From Tricharina praecox (lineage: Eukaryota), in NCBI RefSeq assembly GCF_024521635.1, contig NW_026250429.1:310001-374000 (forward strand): a DNA stretch of 64,000 nucleotides, in the 5' to 3' direction. The first letter of the stretch is position 1; every line of letters starts with the position of its first letter. This document shows positions 51,081 through 63,705 of the stretch, piece by piece. A model generated the notes under the pieces. It was not told the origin of the DNA. It worked only from the letters and a program-made list of their open reading frames with translations, and did no database searches. A program made the translations under genes and the position numbers.

Positions 51081-52613
51081 CTACTGAACAGCAGTAGTGG
51101 TAGGATCCTGCTGCTCCGCAAACGCAATGCCATCCATCAGATCGTCGTCGACACTTTGCTGTCTAGCGTTGCAGCGATGCGAGAACGCTATCGTATCGTA
51201 ATCGACGAGGAGATAGGCTGCGCCGAGCATTTCCGTTTCGAGCGGAAGCTTTATTCCGGAGCCGGGGGCGAGCATGCCGGGCGGTTTCGGCGTGAGCGGC
51301 GCGGAGAAGGAGGGGTTGATACGGTAGGAGTGGCCATCCCGTAGCAGACGACCTTTGCGAAGCGCGCTTTGTAATGACGGTTGCGCTTCGAGGCGGATGT
51401 CGCGGCCGGTGAGCGCGGGGAAGTTGCTGGGGGTTTGTTAGTGGAATATAGAAGAGCAGAGCAGAGCGGGATGGGCGGGATGGGTGATGTACGTGGATAT
51501 CCAGTCAAAGATGTTTTTTGGCTGTGCTCCCTTGCCGACGTCCAGAGCGGTGATGGCGCGGATTATCATCTCCTCCCAGTTTGGTCCGCCTGTGTCTTCC
51601 ATCTCTGTGATTCCATCTTCGCCAACGACACCGGGAGTGCCATCGTCCAGCTTCACCGCATGGTTGGCTTTGAATGCCGCTGCAAGCTCTTTCGCCCTTG
51701 GATCGTATATCGGCAGGTCGGGATGGGTCTTCTCAGCAAAGAGGATAATCTCCATCAAGCTCGCCATCGGCAAACTAGCCAGATACAACTTCTTCTCCTC
51801 CTCCGTCAAGCCCGTCCCCGGGAGCCCCATCTGCAGCGGCTTCTGCTCTCTACTCTTTGCGCACGCAGCACAGTACCACTCGGCGGACTCGACCTGGATG
51901 ACGAGGTCGTCAATCGGCGGATCATGGCAGAGCTGATGAAACGGCCCATTGCAGCCGTCGCAGAACACGATCATATTCGACTGTGGGGAATGTCCACGCT
52001 GGCACACCTTGCAGATGCGGGCATCGTGGCTGCGTCTGTAGGGACCGCGCCGCCGCGACGGCGTCTTCTGTGCGGGGTTGAAGTGTGCGGGCCGGTGCAC
52101 TTTGCGCCCCGATTTGGTCTTCACCCCCTCCATCGTAAACTCCTCTTCGCTGATCGACCCATCGCTCTCGTCCTTGGCCACGATGCTGGCTTTGCGCCGC
52201 CGCGTGGTCGTGCGCGCTGTGGGTTTGGCTGCCGCCGCTACGGGGTGTCAGTACATATAAGGCGTGCGAGTGCTGTGTGGAGTGTGCTGTACCTTTCGCG
52301 CGGGTGCTTCGGGCTACTGGCTTCGGTGCCGCGGCCTCCGGTACGTACACTGGCTGTGATCGCTGTGATTGCGGCTGTGGCTGTGCGGGAGGAGGAGCGG
52401 GCGGCGGTGGCATGAACTGCTGGGTGTGCTGTTTGTATGTCCATTAGCAATCGGAATCCAAAGCGCGGTAATAGACATATCCACCCATTGTTGTAGTGCA
52501 AGCTCCGGCGCAAGCCGCTGGCGGATCAGCAGGTCCGCCTCGGTGAGTCCTGCATCGGAAGTCTGGTCGCCGGTGTGCTCGTCGTATGGGCTGAGCGGTA
52601 TGTGGCTGGACAT
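51081..52613 (-). CDS. PHD-finger protein, Phf1-like (SWM/Lsd1 demethylase-complex type), with a putative C-terminal winged-helix domain; introns 52429-52484, 52238-52292, 51427-51492
   Basis: PHD finger CKVCQRGHSPQSNMIVFCDGCNGPFHQLCHDPPI...WYCAAC, preceded by TKSGRKVHRP. Three GT-AG introns with branch sites keep the frame from ATG 52613 to the stop at 51081. The first donor (GTGGAT) is weak. Confidence 0.82.
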
Positions 52614-52901
52614 GTTGTAGAGGAGGAATTGAGTGGCCCGGTGCCTTGTGGACAATTGGTGAAGTCGTTGGGTGTCGCGGAGGATTGGTGTAAGTCACGA
52701 TTCGCGATCAACAGGCACGGGCTGCATGTCGCGGCTAGCAACTTGGCAGGCATCATTGCCCATCACCCATGTTTGCCGGGTAAACCAAGCTCATCTAGAA
52801 CTGTAGCTTATCTGTCTTCAGAAGAGCATCAGCGGTAGCAGCAGTACATCATCACCAAACAAGCAGAGACATACATAGCACACGCGATCAGCACACACGC
52901 A

Positions 52902-54458
52902 ATGGAGTCCACAACGGCTCCACCAACCACGTCCCCGCGTCTCCCCTCACCCCCACCATTCGCCGAAGTCCAAATTCCACCGTCGGATCCAGCCACCTCA
53001 TCAAGCACAGGAAAACCGCCTACACCCTCCGCAGCAACCCGCCGGATCCGCCCAGGCACCAAATCGCGCAACGTCATCGCCGGCGCACCCCTAACCTCCC
53101 TGGCCGAACTCGATAGCGCCTTCCAGCTGCAAGAGCACCTCGCCTCGCTCCTCAGCAACATCACGAATCCTCCCGGCTCCGACCAAACCTTCCCATTGAC
53201 GCGCGCGGACTGCACGCGGCTGGCCACCCCCCCGGAGGGCGTCGAAGAAACCCTTTGGTGCTACGAACTCACGCGGCGTCTCACGCGCGACCTGAACGTC
53301 CTCATCGTCGCCCTCCTAAACGACGGATGCACCGCCGCGACATGTCCGGAGATGCGCGCCAGCGAGTGGCAGTACCTATGCGCGGTTCATGACTCGCCAC
53401 AAAGCTGCTGCGCCATCGACTACTCCACGCACACGCTCGACCATGCGGCGACCATGCTCACCAGCACCAAATTTTTCCCCAGCAGACTGTCGCTGCAGCA
53501 TAATAGTGTTAAGCACCTGGCTAGCATCTTCAGGCGGCTCTACAGGATCTTTGCGCATGCGTGGTTCCAACATCGCCCGGTGTTTTGGGAGGTCGAGGGA
53601 GAGTATGGGCTCTACCTGTTCTTCAAGACCGTGTCCGATAGGTACCGGTTGATTCCACAGGACAGCTTGATGCTGCCTCCTGAGGTGGAGGGGTTGAAGC
53701 CGGGGAAGAATGGAGAGCTGCTGGCAGACGATGAAGAGGAAGAGGAAGAGGAGTTTGAGGAGTGGGACCGGGGGACCGGGGCGAGAGGGCACCTGGAGCC
53801 GGTGGACGGTGGCGAAGAGAAAGAGGACTCGGATGAGGAGATTGAGGGGGAGTATAGCGACGAGAGTGATAGCGATGAGGAGATGATCGAAGGTGAGGAT
53901 GATGATGTTGACATCATCGAGGACGAGGACGAGATACAGGATGAGGAACAGGAGGACTTGGAGGGGGCAGAGTCGCAGGTCGAGAAGGATGCAACCGACA
54001 AAGAGGAAACACCGATGGAGGGAACAAAATCGCCGGCTGATCCGGAGGACGATGAACAGAAGGAAGTCACCGATGAGGGTGAGGGGAGTGGAGCAGAGGA
54101 GAATGAGAAGGAGGAGAAAGAGAAGGAGGAGGAGAAAGAGAAGGAGGAGGAGAAAGAGCAGGATAATGGGAAGGAGGTGCAGGAGAAAGAGAAAGAGGGG
54201 GAGGAGAAGGTGGGGGAGAAGGATAACGAAGACGAGCCTACGGGAGAGGAGAAGGCAGAACCGAAAGCTATTACAGAGTCGGAAAGTGAAGAATCACCAG
54301 CAGCAGCGGCGGCGAGCGATGAGATGGAGAAGAATCACGCGGAAGCCAGCTCTGATGCTGCGGCAAGGCAAGATGACGCGGAGAAGGTTGACCCTGAATC
54401 GAAGCCGGAGGCCAAGGAGGAAGTGAAAGAGGAAGAACAAAAGAAGGAGGAGAAGTGA
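52902..54458 (+). CDS. mob3: MOB-family protein of the Mob3/Mob4/phocein (STRIPAK) type with a long acidic tail, 518 aa
   Basis: MOB domain FQLQEHL...WCYELTRRL...CPEMRASEWQYLCAVHDSPQSCCAIDYSTHTLD...FPSRL...IFRRLYRIFAHAWFQH matches the phocein subfamily. Confidence 0.9.
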   Translation: MESTTAPPTTSPRLPSPPPFAEVQIPPSDPATSSSTGKPPTPSAATRRIRPGTKSRNVIAGAPLTSLAELDSAFQLQEHLASLLSNITNPPGSDQTFPLTRADCTRLATPPEGVEETLWCYELTRRLTRDLNVLIVALLNDGCTAATCPEMRASEWQYLCAVHDSPQSCCAIDYSTHTLDHAATMLTSTKFFPSRLSLQHNSVKHLASIFRRLYRIFAHAWFQHRPVFWEVEGEYGLYLFFKTVSDRYRLIPQDSLMLPPEVEGLKPGKNGELLADDEEEEEEEFEEWDRGTGARGHLEPVDGGEEKEDSDEEIEGEYSDESDSDEEMIEGEDDDVDIIEDEDEIQDEEQEDLEGAESQVEKDATDKEETPMEGTKSPADPEDDEQKEVTDEGEGSGAEENEKEEKEKEEEKEKEEEKEQDNGKEVQEKEKEGEEKVGEKDNEDEPTGEEKAEPKAITESESEESPAAAAASDEMEKNHAEASSDAAARQDDAEKVDPESKPEAKEEVKEEEQKKEEK

Positions 54459-54723
54459 TCAAGCTTTTGGGCGTGATGGCGTAACGGTTTTTTTCCTGTA
54501 TAGTTGTTTGCTCAAGAATACCCGGTGTTGCTCAATAGTTGGTGGTTGTAGTATTGACGGGTTGGGTACTGTAATTTTACGTGTCCCTGTATTACTAGAA
54601 TCGATGGAGTTTTGTTTAAGTATATGGTCATGTCCGTTCACACTTCAAGAAACACATTTGATGGTGTCATTCTTTGCGTTCGCCATCTCTATCTTGAAAA
54701 GTGGTTTCGATAGCATCCGTAAA

Positions 54724-55752
54724 TCATGCATTTCCGAGCCTGGCAACGACGGCAGCCATCTCCTCGTCGGGATAGATCCTGAAGCCCTTCTCTTTCGTCA
54801 CCGAAGCCAGCTGCACATTCTTGGAATCCAGCTTCTCTTCCATCACCTGCTTCAGGGTCTTCAGCACTAACGTCTCGGCCTCCTCGAGTGTCAATGACTA
54901 GTGGCAGTGTTAGGTGTACTGTCGAAGAGGAGCGTGATGGGGGGCAATATAAACCTTGTGGTACTCGTTCTGCAGTTCGGCCTGAGCTCCCTCACTTCCA
55001 GATCCGATCGCCTTTGCATCGTACCTGTAGAACGTACCGGAGGGCTCGGCGTGGTAGCTACAACTCATTAGTTTCCGAGCTCCTCAACACATCTCGCAGC
55101 CACTCACAGCTGTGGGCCATCGTCGTCGTAGCCGGCAATCAACAGCGCAACACCGAAAGGCCGCGACATGATGCTCTCCTCGCCATCCGCACCTTCGCCG
55201 AACCTCAACGCCAAATCACAGATAGCCTGGGTGCAGGACTCGACACGTAGCGGCTCGTTGTAGTGGAAGCTGTGGTTCTGCGACTCGACTCTCGCATGCT
55301 CGATCATCGACCGCGCATCCGCTTGTAAGCCGGACATGGCGCAGCCAATGTGCTTGTCGATTTCCACAATCTTCTCGACTGAGGACGCTTCCAGAAGCGG
55401 TGAGGTGACTCGTTTCTCCACGCCGATGATTACTCCGTAGCCGGTCGCAACCTAGAGATGCGAATTAGAGGTTCGACGCGGGCATGGCGGGGTAGGTAGG
55501 AGTGCTGGGTTTCGTACCCCGATGGCAGTGGAACCAAGCTTGATGGCCTCCAGAGAGTACTCGACCTGGAACAGACGTCCCTCGGGAGAGAAAGTGCTTC
55601 GGACATATCAGCGGGGATGGTTTGAGAGCTCCGGAAGATGGAAAGCGTTTACTTGATACCACGATCTAGGATTCATTAGCTATGGTAACGACGGCGGGAC
55701 AGTGGGGGAGTTGGCGAGGCAACCTACCATATTCGGAACGAGCAATGAACAT
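54724..55752 (-). CDS. PUP2: 20S proteasome subunit alpha-5, multi-exon, including a 13-nt micro-exon at 55653-55665
   Basis: Spliced product [39 protein letters not shown]...[10 protein letters not shown]...[27 protein letters not shown]... ends at the TGA at 54724-54726. Confidence 0.96.
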
Positions 55753-55936
55753 ATTGGCGATGTGAAGCTGCAGATGGCGATGGAGATGTAGAAGGAATCG
55801 GAGTTGGTAGTGAGTGGGATAGAGGTGATGATGATGTTGTTGTCTGCTTAGTTGGGTAGCAATTGGAGTTCTCTCGTGAAGATGCGGCTCTTGATGATCC
55901 ATATAAGCTAGTTCTGATGCGGAAAAGGACCCCCGT

Positions 55937-56041
55937 ACGCGAGCAACCATTGATTTGATTGCAGCGATGCGGACATCAACAAATATCTGACATCGCGTCT
56001 ACTTGCACGAACGGAAAAAGAGATTCACCACAACCGCGAAA
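55937..56041. promoter_or_regulatory. MCB/SCB-like sites in the divergent PUP2-SPC97 promoter
   Basis: ACGCGA 55937-55942, TCGCGT 55993-55998 and CGCGAAA 56035-56041 lie within ~120 bp of the SPC97 ATG. Confidence 0.4.
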
Positions 56042-56057
56042 CAACAGCTACGGAAGA

Positions 56058-58901
56058 ATGGCCTCTTCTTCGTCATCGCGCGCCGCGCCGGAGACACTCA
56101 GGCGAGGCTCGAATAGAGAGTCGGTCGCTACGTCGAACTCGCGAAACAGATCTTATTCTGTGAGAGGCACAAACTCTCCTCCTTTGCGAAAGCCAACTAC
56201 GAGGGGTACAACGAGGACTGCTGCCACTCCGACGACGACGGAAGTACGACGAAGTGAGCGCACTCATATTAGCACTACATACACTTCGACGAGGAGGACG
56301 CCCCTCAAGGAGGAGAAGTACAGACCACCGTCGCTGCCAGCCCGAACCTCCGGAAGCTTCAATAGGCCAGGCACAGCTGCTTCGCAACCGACCCCTCCTC
56401 GTAAATTCTCCCTTAAGAATATATTACCTTCATATCATGGCTATCTTATTGACTGTAAACAGCTTTACCACCATGGAATCCGGAAGCCTCTTTGGTACCC
56501 CACACAACGGCGCCGTTGGGTTCGCGCATGTCGGTTCCGCCGCTGTCGTCCGTACTGCCGCCGTCGAGAGCACCGGTCCCATTGGAGGGTATGTCGACCG
56601 ACATGCAAGAAGCTTCGATAATTGAGGATATATTGTTTGTCTTTATGGTTTGTAAGCAGCGGTTCCCGCGTAAATGAGCTGTTGACTGACCGGTGGATGC
56701 GCTACAGGGCTTTGAAGGACAATATATCCGCTTCAAAGATGAATACAACCCCGCCAACGAAACCGACCGCCTTCTAGGACCCCAATATAAGCTAGCGCCA
56801 GGGCTGGACCCGTCGTTGCGAGATCTCACCATGACCATGTTGAAGATGGCCACGTTCTATGGTGGCGTGGATGCGTTTGTGGAGGTGCAATCGAGAGAGG
56901 AGTTTGGAGTTGTCAACCACGCGCTTAGTGCCGCGATACGGAAACTGTTGAATGAGTACCTTGTGCTGATAGGCCAATTCGAACACCAATTCCTCACCAA
57001 TCCCTCGTTTACTCTGCACATGTTGCATCTGCACACCATGCCGACATCACACATGCTTGCACAGTTGTACTCACTAGCCAATGAGATACTGAAAAAGAAC
57101 TCAATGCTCGAGGATGATGAGGACGACTCGATGGATGATTTCGACGATGTCGATAATATTATTGAGGCGCTGAGGGAGGGCAACGACGGGGCTGCACTGC
57201 CGGGTTCGAAAATATGTAGGGGTGGTTCTGTGCTGGCGCTGCTGACGGAAAGGTTGAAGGCCATGGCTGGAGACCCGGCGGCGAAGACACTGCTGAGCTT
57301 ATTGTTACGAGAAGCATCACGCCCGTACATGAGCATGTTGAACGAGTGGCTTCACAAGGGGATGATACACGATCCGCACTCGGAATTCCTCGTTAAGGAA
57401 GCAAAGAGCATCCGGCGAGAAAGATTGGAGGAGGACTATACGGATGAATACTGGGAGAAGAGATATACCGTGAGACTGGACGATGTCCCACCGCAGCTCG
57501 AGAATGTCAAAGACAAAGTTCTGCTGGCCGGGAAGTACTTGAATGTTGTGAGGGAGTGTGGTGGTGTGGATGTAAGCAAAGAGATGACCGATGTTCCTAG
57601 AACATTTGAGGATATCAAGTATGTTTTACATGCCTTCGTGAGTTTGGCGGAGGTGCTAATCGGTATAGGTTCTTGGAAAACGTCAATTCTGCCTACGCTC
57701 ATGCAAATGCATCACTACTGGACCTGCTCTTGACCACCCACGCCTTGCCCGCACGCCTCAGGTCGCTGAAGCACTACTTCTTCCTCGACCGTGCGGATTT
57801 CTTCCATCACTTTCTCGAGATGGGCCATACGGAGCTTCAAAAGCAAGCAAAGAAGGTCAACGTCTCGAAGTTGCAATCTCTGTTCGACTTGGCGCTCCGT
57901 CAACCTGGATCCATTGCAGCGTCAGATCCGTTCAAGGAGGATGTCAAAGTCAGTATGAACGAAGTAGACCTGACGAAATGGCTGATGCGGGTTGTCAACG
58001 TGTCGGGTGTTGAAGAAGGAGCCATGTCGTTGGATGCTACCTCACATGTCGCTTCCACTAGCGCCGATGACAGACCTATCACTGGACACAATGCGTTGGA
58101 GTTGGATTATAGAGTACCGTTTCCTCTATCACTTGTCATCTCTCGGAAAACAGTACTACGATACCAGTTATTGTTCCGACATCTGTTGTCACTGCGGCAT
58201 TTGGAAAGCCAGTTATGCTCGGCTTGGAGGGACCACACGTCCGTCTATACATGGAAGCATAGATCGAAATATCCCGAGGTCGAGAGCTGGAAACGTAGAG
58301 CATGGACATTGCGAGCGCGGATGCTGGTATTTGTGCAACAGCTCTTGTACTTTTGCACTATGGAGGTAGTGGAACCAAATTGGTCGAAGCTGATGAAGCG
58401 ACTGGACGAGGTCAAGACGGTGGATGAGCTCATGCAACACCACGTTGATTTCTTGGATACCTGTCTCAAGGAGTGCATGTTAACGAACGCGAAGCTGCTG
58501 AAGGTATGCATTCCCTAATCCCGGCTGTACGCTAGATAGAAACTGACCGCCCCGCCTAGATCCACGCGAAGCTCACCACAACATGTGCTATGTTCTCCTC
58601 GTACACCGCATCCCTCTCCCGCTCCCTCATCACTGCCGACCCGGAACTAGCCTCGCCATCCGCGCGGTTCGAGGAGGGCGCGAAGGATGTCCCCTTTGAT
58701 CCCGAGAACATGGTCAAGCTCAACGAGAACCTTGGGAAGTACGAACACAACTTCAGCCGGCACTTGAAGATCTTATTGGATGCTCTCAACTACTTTGCTG
58801 CTACTGAGACGGTCGTGTTGTTGAGTCTCTGTGCTCGGCTGCAGATGGCGCAGACCAGTAACGAGACGGCGGCGCAGGGGTTTGTTGCTGTTGCACGATA
58901 A
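56058..58901 (+). CDS. SPC97: Gamma-tubulin complex component GCP2 (Spc97/Alp4); introns 56401-56462, 56648-56707, 57619-57668, 58504-58559
   Basis: GRIP-domain motifs QEASIIEDILFVFMGFEGQYI, YTDEYWEKRY, DKVLLAGKYLNVVRECG, LKHYFFLD, LDYRVPFPLSLVISRK and HVDFLDTCLKECML. All four introns are GT-AG and preserve the frame. Confidence 0.94.
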
Positions 58902-59651
58902 AGTGTAGTGGAAGTAATGTTGTTTCTTTCTTGTTCCCTTATGGAAGGACATGGATTGCTTCTGCAATTCGACTTTCGACTCTTTTTCCGATGTGTACAG
59001 TGCTTGGTTTACTTTACGGGGCGTGTGGCTACTTCGTTTGGGCGTTTTGAGTTGTCTTCTGTCTGTTTTGATTCTGGCGGGAGTTGAGTTATGTTGATTA
59101 AGAAAGAAAGCCTTATGCAGAGAGGGAACATCAATTGAGTGTCGTATACGGCCTGTCTAGACCATGGCGACCAAAAGCCTTTTGCCGTTGCCATGACTGC
59201 ACGCCTGTTGAGTGATCTATGATGACGAAGGCTAAGGCTTGATCATATGCCTCTCGTCATGCGCACGTGACCCTGCTTGCCAAGTGTTCTAATCTCAGCT
59301 ATCCACCGGTCGCCGCGCTGCCCCACCAAAGCCTCCACGCAAAGCACTCCCAGAGGAACTTGCAATTGATGCGGCGACAACCGGCATAACTGCTCTGAAT
59401 GTGCGTGTGATGTTCTATTCCACTTTGCCTTACTTTGCTCTACAAACAGCGTGCTTCGTGCAGGGGAGAGATTGACTGAAACAGACTGAACCCTTCCTTC
59501 CAACCAAGCAAAGCAAGCAAAGCAAGCAAGGACACACACACACCACACACCAACGCCGCCTACAACTCGACTCCCACGCGACGAACGAACGTCTACGATA
59601 GCAACACCTTTCTTCTCCACCACAATCACTACACCTACAACCCTCGCCAGT

Positions 59652-61524
59652 ATGAATCGTCAAGGTACGCCAGTGCTACCCACCACCACCACCGTACCAC
59701 CGCCCCCACCAGCAACAGCTAACCTGTCCCCCGCGCTTACAGGACCAGGTCACCGACCGATGGGACTGTCATTCCCGCAAGCATCACCAGCGCTACCCGC
59801 AGGCCGCGGCATTCCTAATGGCAAACCCGGTTTGTCGTTCCGGCGGGGGAGGCGAAGGAGGGGGGAGGGGCTGTTTGCTGATCGACTGGTGTATAGGAGT
59901 AGGAGGTTGGTCCGGCGCTCCTCCACCTGGTGTGCCCACGCCCGGTGGTGGGAGGGGGCTCACATTTAGTCAGAGCGTGGGCGGACCGAGTCAGCCGAGT
60001 ACGCCACTGGACATGAAGTGAGTGGACCCTCTGTGTGTGGGGTCCTGGAGTGCTAATAGGTGTGCGGCGGGAAGTGAGTTTCCAGCGCTAGGTGGCCAGC
60101 CGCAGTCGAATCCCGCGCAGGTGTGGAGTCGGATAAATACGCAGAGCCCTCGACCGACACAGCAGCAGCAGTCGCAACAGCAGCAGCAGCACGATGGAGC
60201 GTTCGGCGGTGGTACGGTTCAGAAGGACTTGTTCCCTAGCATGGAGGACTACAGGACTGGTGGCGCGAGCGGCGGGCCGGTCGAGGACTTTCCCGCGTTG
60301 CCGAGGACACAGACCGGGTTAGGGGATATGGGTGCGCTTTCAGCAAGGGGAATGACGAGTAGGCTTCTGCCGCAGCTGGATGGGATATTGGGACAGCCGC
60401 AGGGCGTTCTACCGCTGGGCGAGGTTGAGAAGAAGGTTGGACTGTGATGCTCTAGTGGGGCTGGGGGGATTGTTAGCTGACAGCTCTGAAGAACATATTG
60501 AAACCGGGAACACTCAACGGAGCTCCTGGCTTGACCGGCGCACCGGGTATCCCTCTGGGAGTGCAGCAACAACTGCAACCGCAACAGCAACCATCACGGC
60601 CGTCTCCAGCGCCTGGACTCGTCCACCCCAGCCAGCAACAGCAGCCGCCGCAACAGCCGCCGCTGCAACCTCAACAGACACTGCAAAAACCCGGCGCGGT
60701 CATGAACGGCGATATTCCTTCCTCCTCTCCAAGTCCGTACTCTCCACAATCGACCCGAGTTACAGAAAACGAGCGATTCAGCTTAAGCGGGCTTTTCTCG
60801 GCGATGAGAAGCGATACCGGTGAAGGCTCGTCGTTGGCAAAGGGACAGGATCTGATGATGCTGGGCTTGGATATCAATTCGCCGGAGTGAGCATTCCAGT
60901 TTCCATTGGGTTGTCATTGATTGATAGGTATTTGACTGATACACTAGCGGTGCGCTGTGGCCGTCATTTTCATCGCCGTTCGCGGAACTGGAGAGCACTG
61001 CCGTGGAACCGGATTTCCAGTTACCACAGTGCTACACCGTGATTAATACCCAACCGGTGCACTCCAAGATTGGTAGCTTCTCGGACGAGACGCTATTCTA
61101 CATCTTCTACACGATGCCTCGGGATATCATGCAAGAGATTGTAGTTGCTGAGCTGTAAGTTGTTACCTACTCGAGCTTCCAGGTGCGCGGGTAGGTGTTG
61201 ACCCTGCGGGACTCTAGGGCGGCCAGGAATTGGAGATATCACATGTTGCATAGACTTTGGATGACGAAAGATCCGACGGCCCAAGTCGAGCAGTTCTCTG
61301 AAACGGCGGAGAAGGGAGTCTACGTCTTCTTTGATCCGATGACGTGGGAGAGAATGAAGGTAAGTTTGCAGATCACATCGCTCATTAGCAATTTGGACAG
61401 CTTTACTAAGCAATCGTTGTAGAAGGAGATAGTACTCGAATACTCGCATCTCGACCCTAGGACGACGGGAACATACCTCGGTCTCCAGTCTGGCGTTGGG
61501 CCTCTCGCGGGCTTGAGCGCATAG
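59652..61524 (+). CDS. NOT2: CCR4-NOT complex subunit Not2 (NOT2/3/5 domain), multi-exon
   Basis: Motifs ERFSLSGL...LAKGQDLMMLGLDINSP, LWPSFSSPF, EPDFQLPQCY, FSDETLFYIFYTMPRDIMQ, RNWRYH...LWMTK and YVFFDPMTWER; stop TAG at 61522-61524. Confidence 0.92.
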
Positions 61525-62198
61525 GTACTCGGCAGTATTTGATGCTCCATCCGTACATTTGAAATTACTCTTCTATCTTACCGGGCGTTCACCACGTTGA
61601 TTGTCGAGCGGGCGGTTGTCTAGACAATGGGAGGTGTGGGCGTTGATACATTTTCTTCGCGTTTGTTTCTCGTTTAACTTTTATTGTGGTTAGTTGATGG
61701 TGTCTGGCTGGTCATCGCTAGTGTTTTTACGGTGTGAATGCAAATGCAAACAGGCGGGCGTTGTGAATCGTGACTCGTGAGATGAGATGGTGATGCTGAT
61801 GACTGATGACTGTGGGGAAAGTCCGATGGTGCATACGAGCCGGGGTGGTGATAGGTCTACACTCGACCGAGATGTCTATCTATACGGTAGAGAAGATGCT
61901 CTAAGATACGGCCATGTTCAATTGAGGACCCTGAGTTGTGCTCTAACCGATGCTTCTCGCACTGATACTCCGAGAGCTCGATCCTTTTTCGCCCGGTTGT
62001 CTATCTATCCGTTCTCACGACCGCGGTTTATAAGGAGATGGCTGCATCGTACCATCTCTTCTGCCCGATGTTGTCACCAACAAAACTAGCTGCTGGTCCG
62101 TGCGTTCGTTATTTCTTTTTAGTTCCGCTTCCCATTTCTGACTCGACTTCGATTTCCAATTCCCCACACAACAGACCTCCACAACACAACCAGCCCAC

Positions 62199-63265
62199 AT
62201 GTCGAAACCATTTCCCTTCATAGACGCTGCTGGTAGCACGCCGTCGCCGCCAAAGACTGCACCGCCAGCTCCTGTCGTCGGTTGCGAGAAATTGCTGCAG
62301 CGCATCACCGCCGATATCGCCAGTGCAGGTGCCGCGACGATGATTATCGCGCCTCGTAGGGTCCCCTAGCTGTCAATTACGAGTGGAAAAAGTGGAAGCT
62401 GATGGAGCGGACAGTCATATGCCTCATAGACCGCAGTATAATGGAGAACGCATCGGGGAAGACCAGTTCGGTGCTCGAGAGTGCGAAACTGCAGTTCAAG
62501 ACCATCGTCACCAAGCCGCATAGGTTCATCTTTTCAAAACCATTTGCGCTCATATACGTGAGTTCTTCCTCGGCGAAGAAAGGAACGCCGGAACGCCGGA
62601 AGGAAGGCAGCGGGTGAGATTTAGGACTAATGGGAAGCGACGGAACAGATGACCTACTTTGGAACGTATATGACCGCGAACACAATCGATACCGTCTCTG
62701 CAGTGCGAACGGGTGGCGATATCAAAGTAGTCACATCAGGCACGGAGAAGTTTCTTGCGACATCTACGTATGGCTTTCCCTCTCCTCTCCCGGCTTATGG
62801 TGGTGCTGATTCCGTCACAGAGCAAACATGTCCTTGGGCCTAATCAAAGACCGCAACTTCGCCCGCCTCTTCGGCACTGGCACGCCTCGACCCGTTCCCT
62901 TACCATCCTTCGTCCTCTTCTCCATCCGCGATGCCATGACCATCATGTTCAGCTTCAACGTGCCGTCCCGGGTCTCGCATCTGATGCCGAACGCTTCGCC
63001 CTTCATGTCCTCGGAGTCCATCGCGCAGTTCGTGTCGCCCGTGAGCTGCCAGGTGCTATCCACACCGCTGCACTTGTTCGGCCTCGACCTCTACAATCGA
63101 GGCAGGAACGTCACCTGGAGGGAGCGGCTCCAGATGATAAAAGTGAATTATTCCCAGAGTACGCTGGCGAGGATGTGTAGGATTGTCCCTGCGTTTGGCT
63201 TTGGAGGCGTGACGAACACGAAGGTTAGGAGGAGTCTGTTGGAGAAGATTGAGGATAGCGCGTAG
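62199..63265 (+). CDS. Conserved fungal membrane protein, sideroflexin/mitochondrial tricarboxylate-carrier-like; introns 62356-62414, 62558-62648, 62768-62820
   Basis: Three GT-AG introns join ADIASAGAATMIIAPLICLIDRSIMENASG...TYMTANTIDT...KDRNFARLFG...LFSIRDAMTIMFSFN...STPLHLFGLDLYNR...ARMCRIVPAFGFGGV. The family assignment is from memory of similar proteins. Confidence 0.75.
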
Positions 63266-63705
63266 GAGAAGGTTTGGCATGCATACACGGTGGGTTGAAA
63301 AGTCGCTGTTACGATTTCGTTCGTTCGTTCGGACGGGCATGGGATGGGATAGATGGGCGTTTTTGCTGCTGCTGCTGGTGTTTTGATGATTGCCTTCTTG
63401 TTCGCCTCAAATTCTTCTTCTGATACCGACGCTGATATTGGCTGGCTGGTTGATACCACGATGATTTTCCTTCTTCGGCTTCTTTTTGTTTGATAGATAG
63501 ACCTTTCCTTTTCTTTTGCAGATCCGCGCTGGATCGCTGTAAATAAAAGTTGGCCATTGCGTTGAGCATTACCGCACACATGCACCCTAACCTCATCCCA
63601 TAGGGCCATCGGCCCATCGCTAGGGTCCACCCACCCGTAGTGACTAGAGTATCGTTAAACGCGTCGCGTCCCCTCTCCCCACCACCGCCCACACCCACGA
63701 CCACC

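Noticed and set aside
55855..55862. PACE-like GGTAGCAA near PUP2
   Set aside because: Mismatch to the yeast Rpn4 site GGTGGCAAA and likely within the 5' UTR; insufficient support.
59219..59398. Possible box C/D snoRNA (ATGATGA ... CTGA)
   Set aside because: The boxes are too far apart, with no terminal stem or recognisable rRNA guide.
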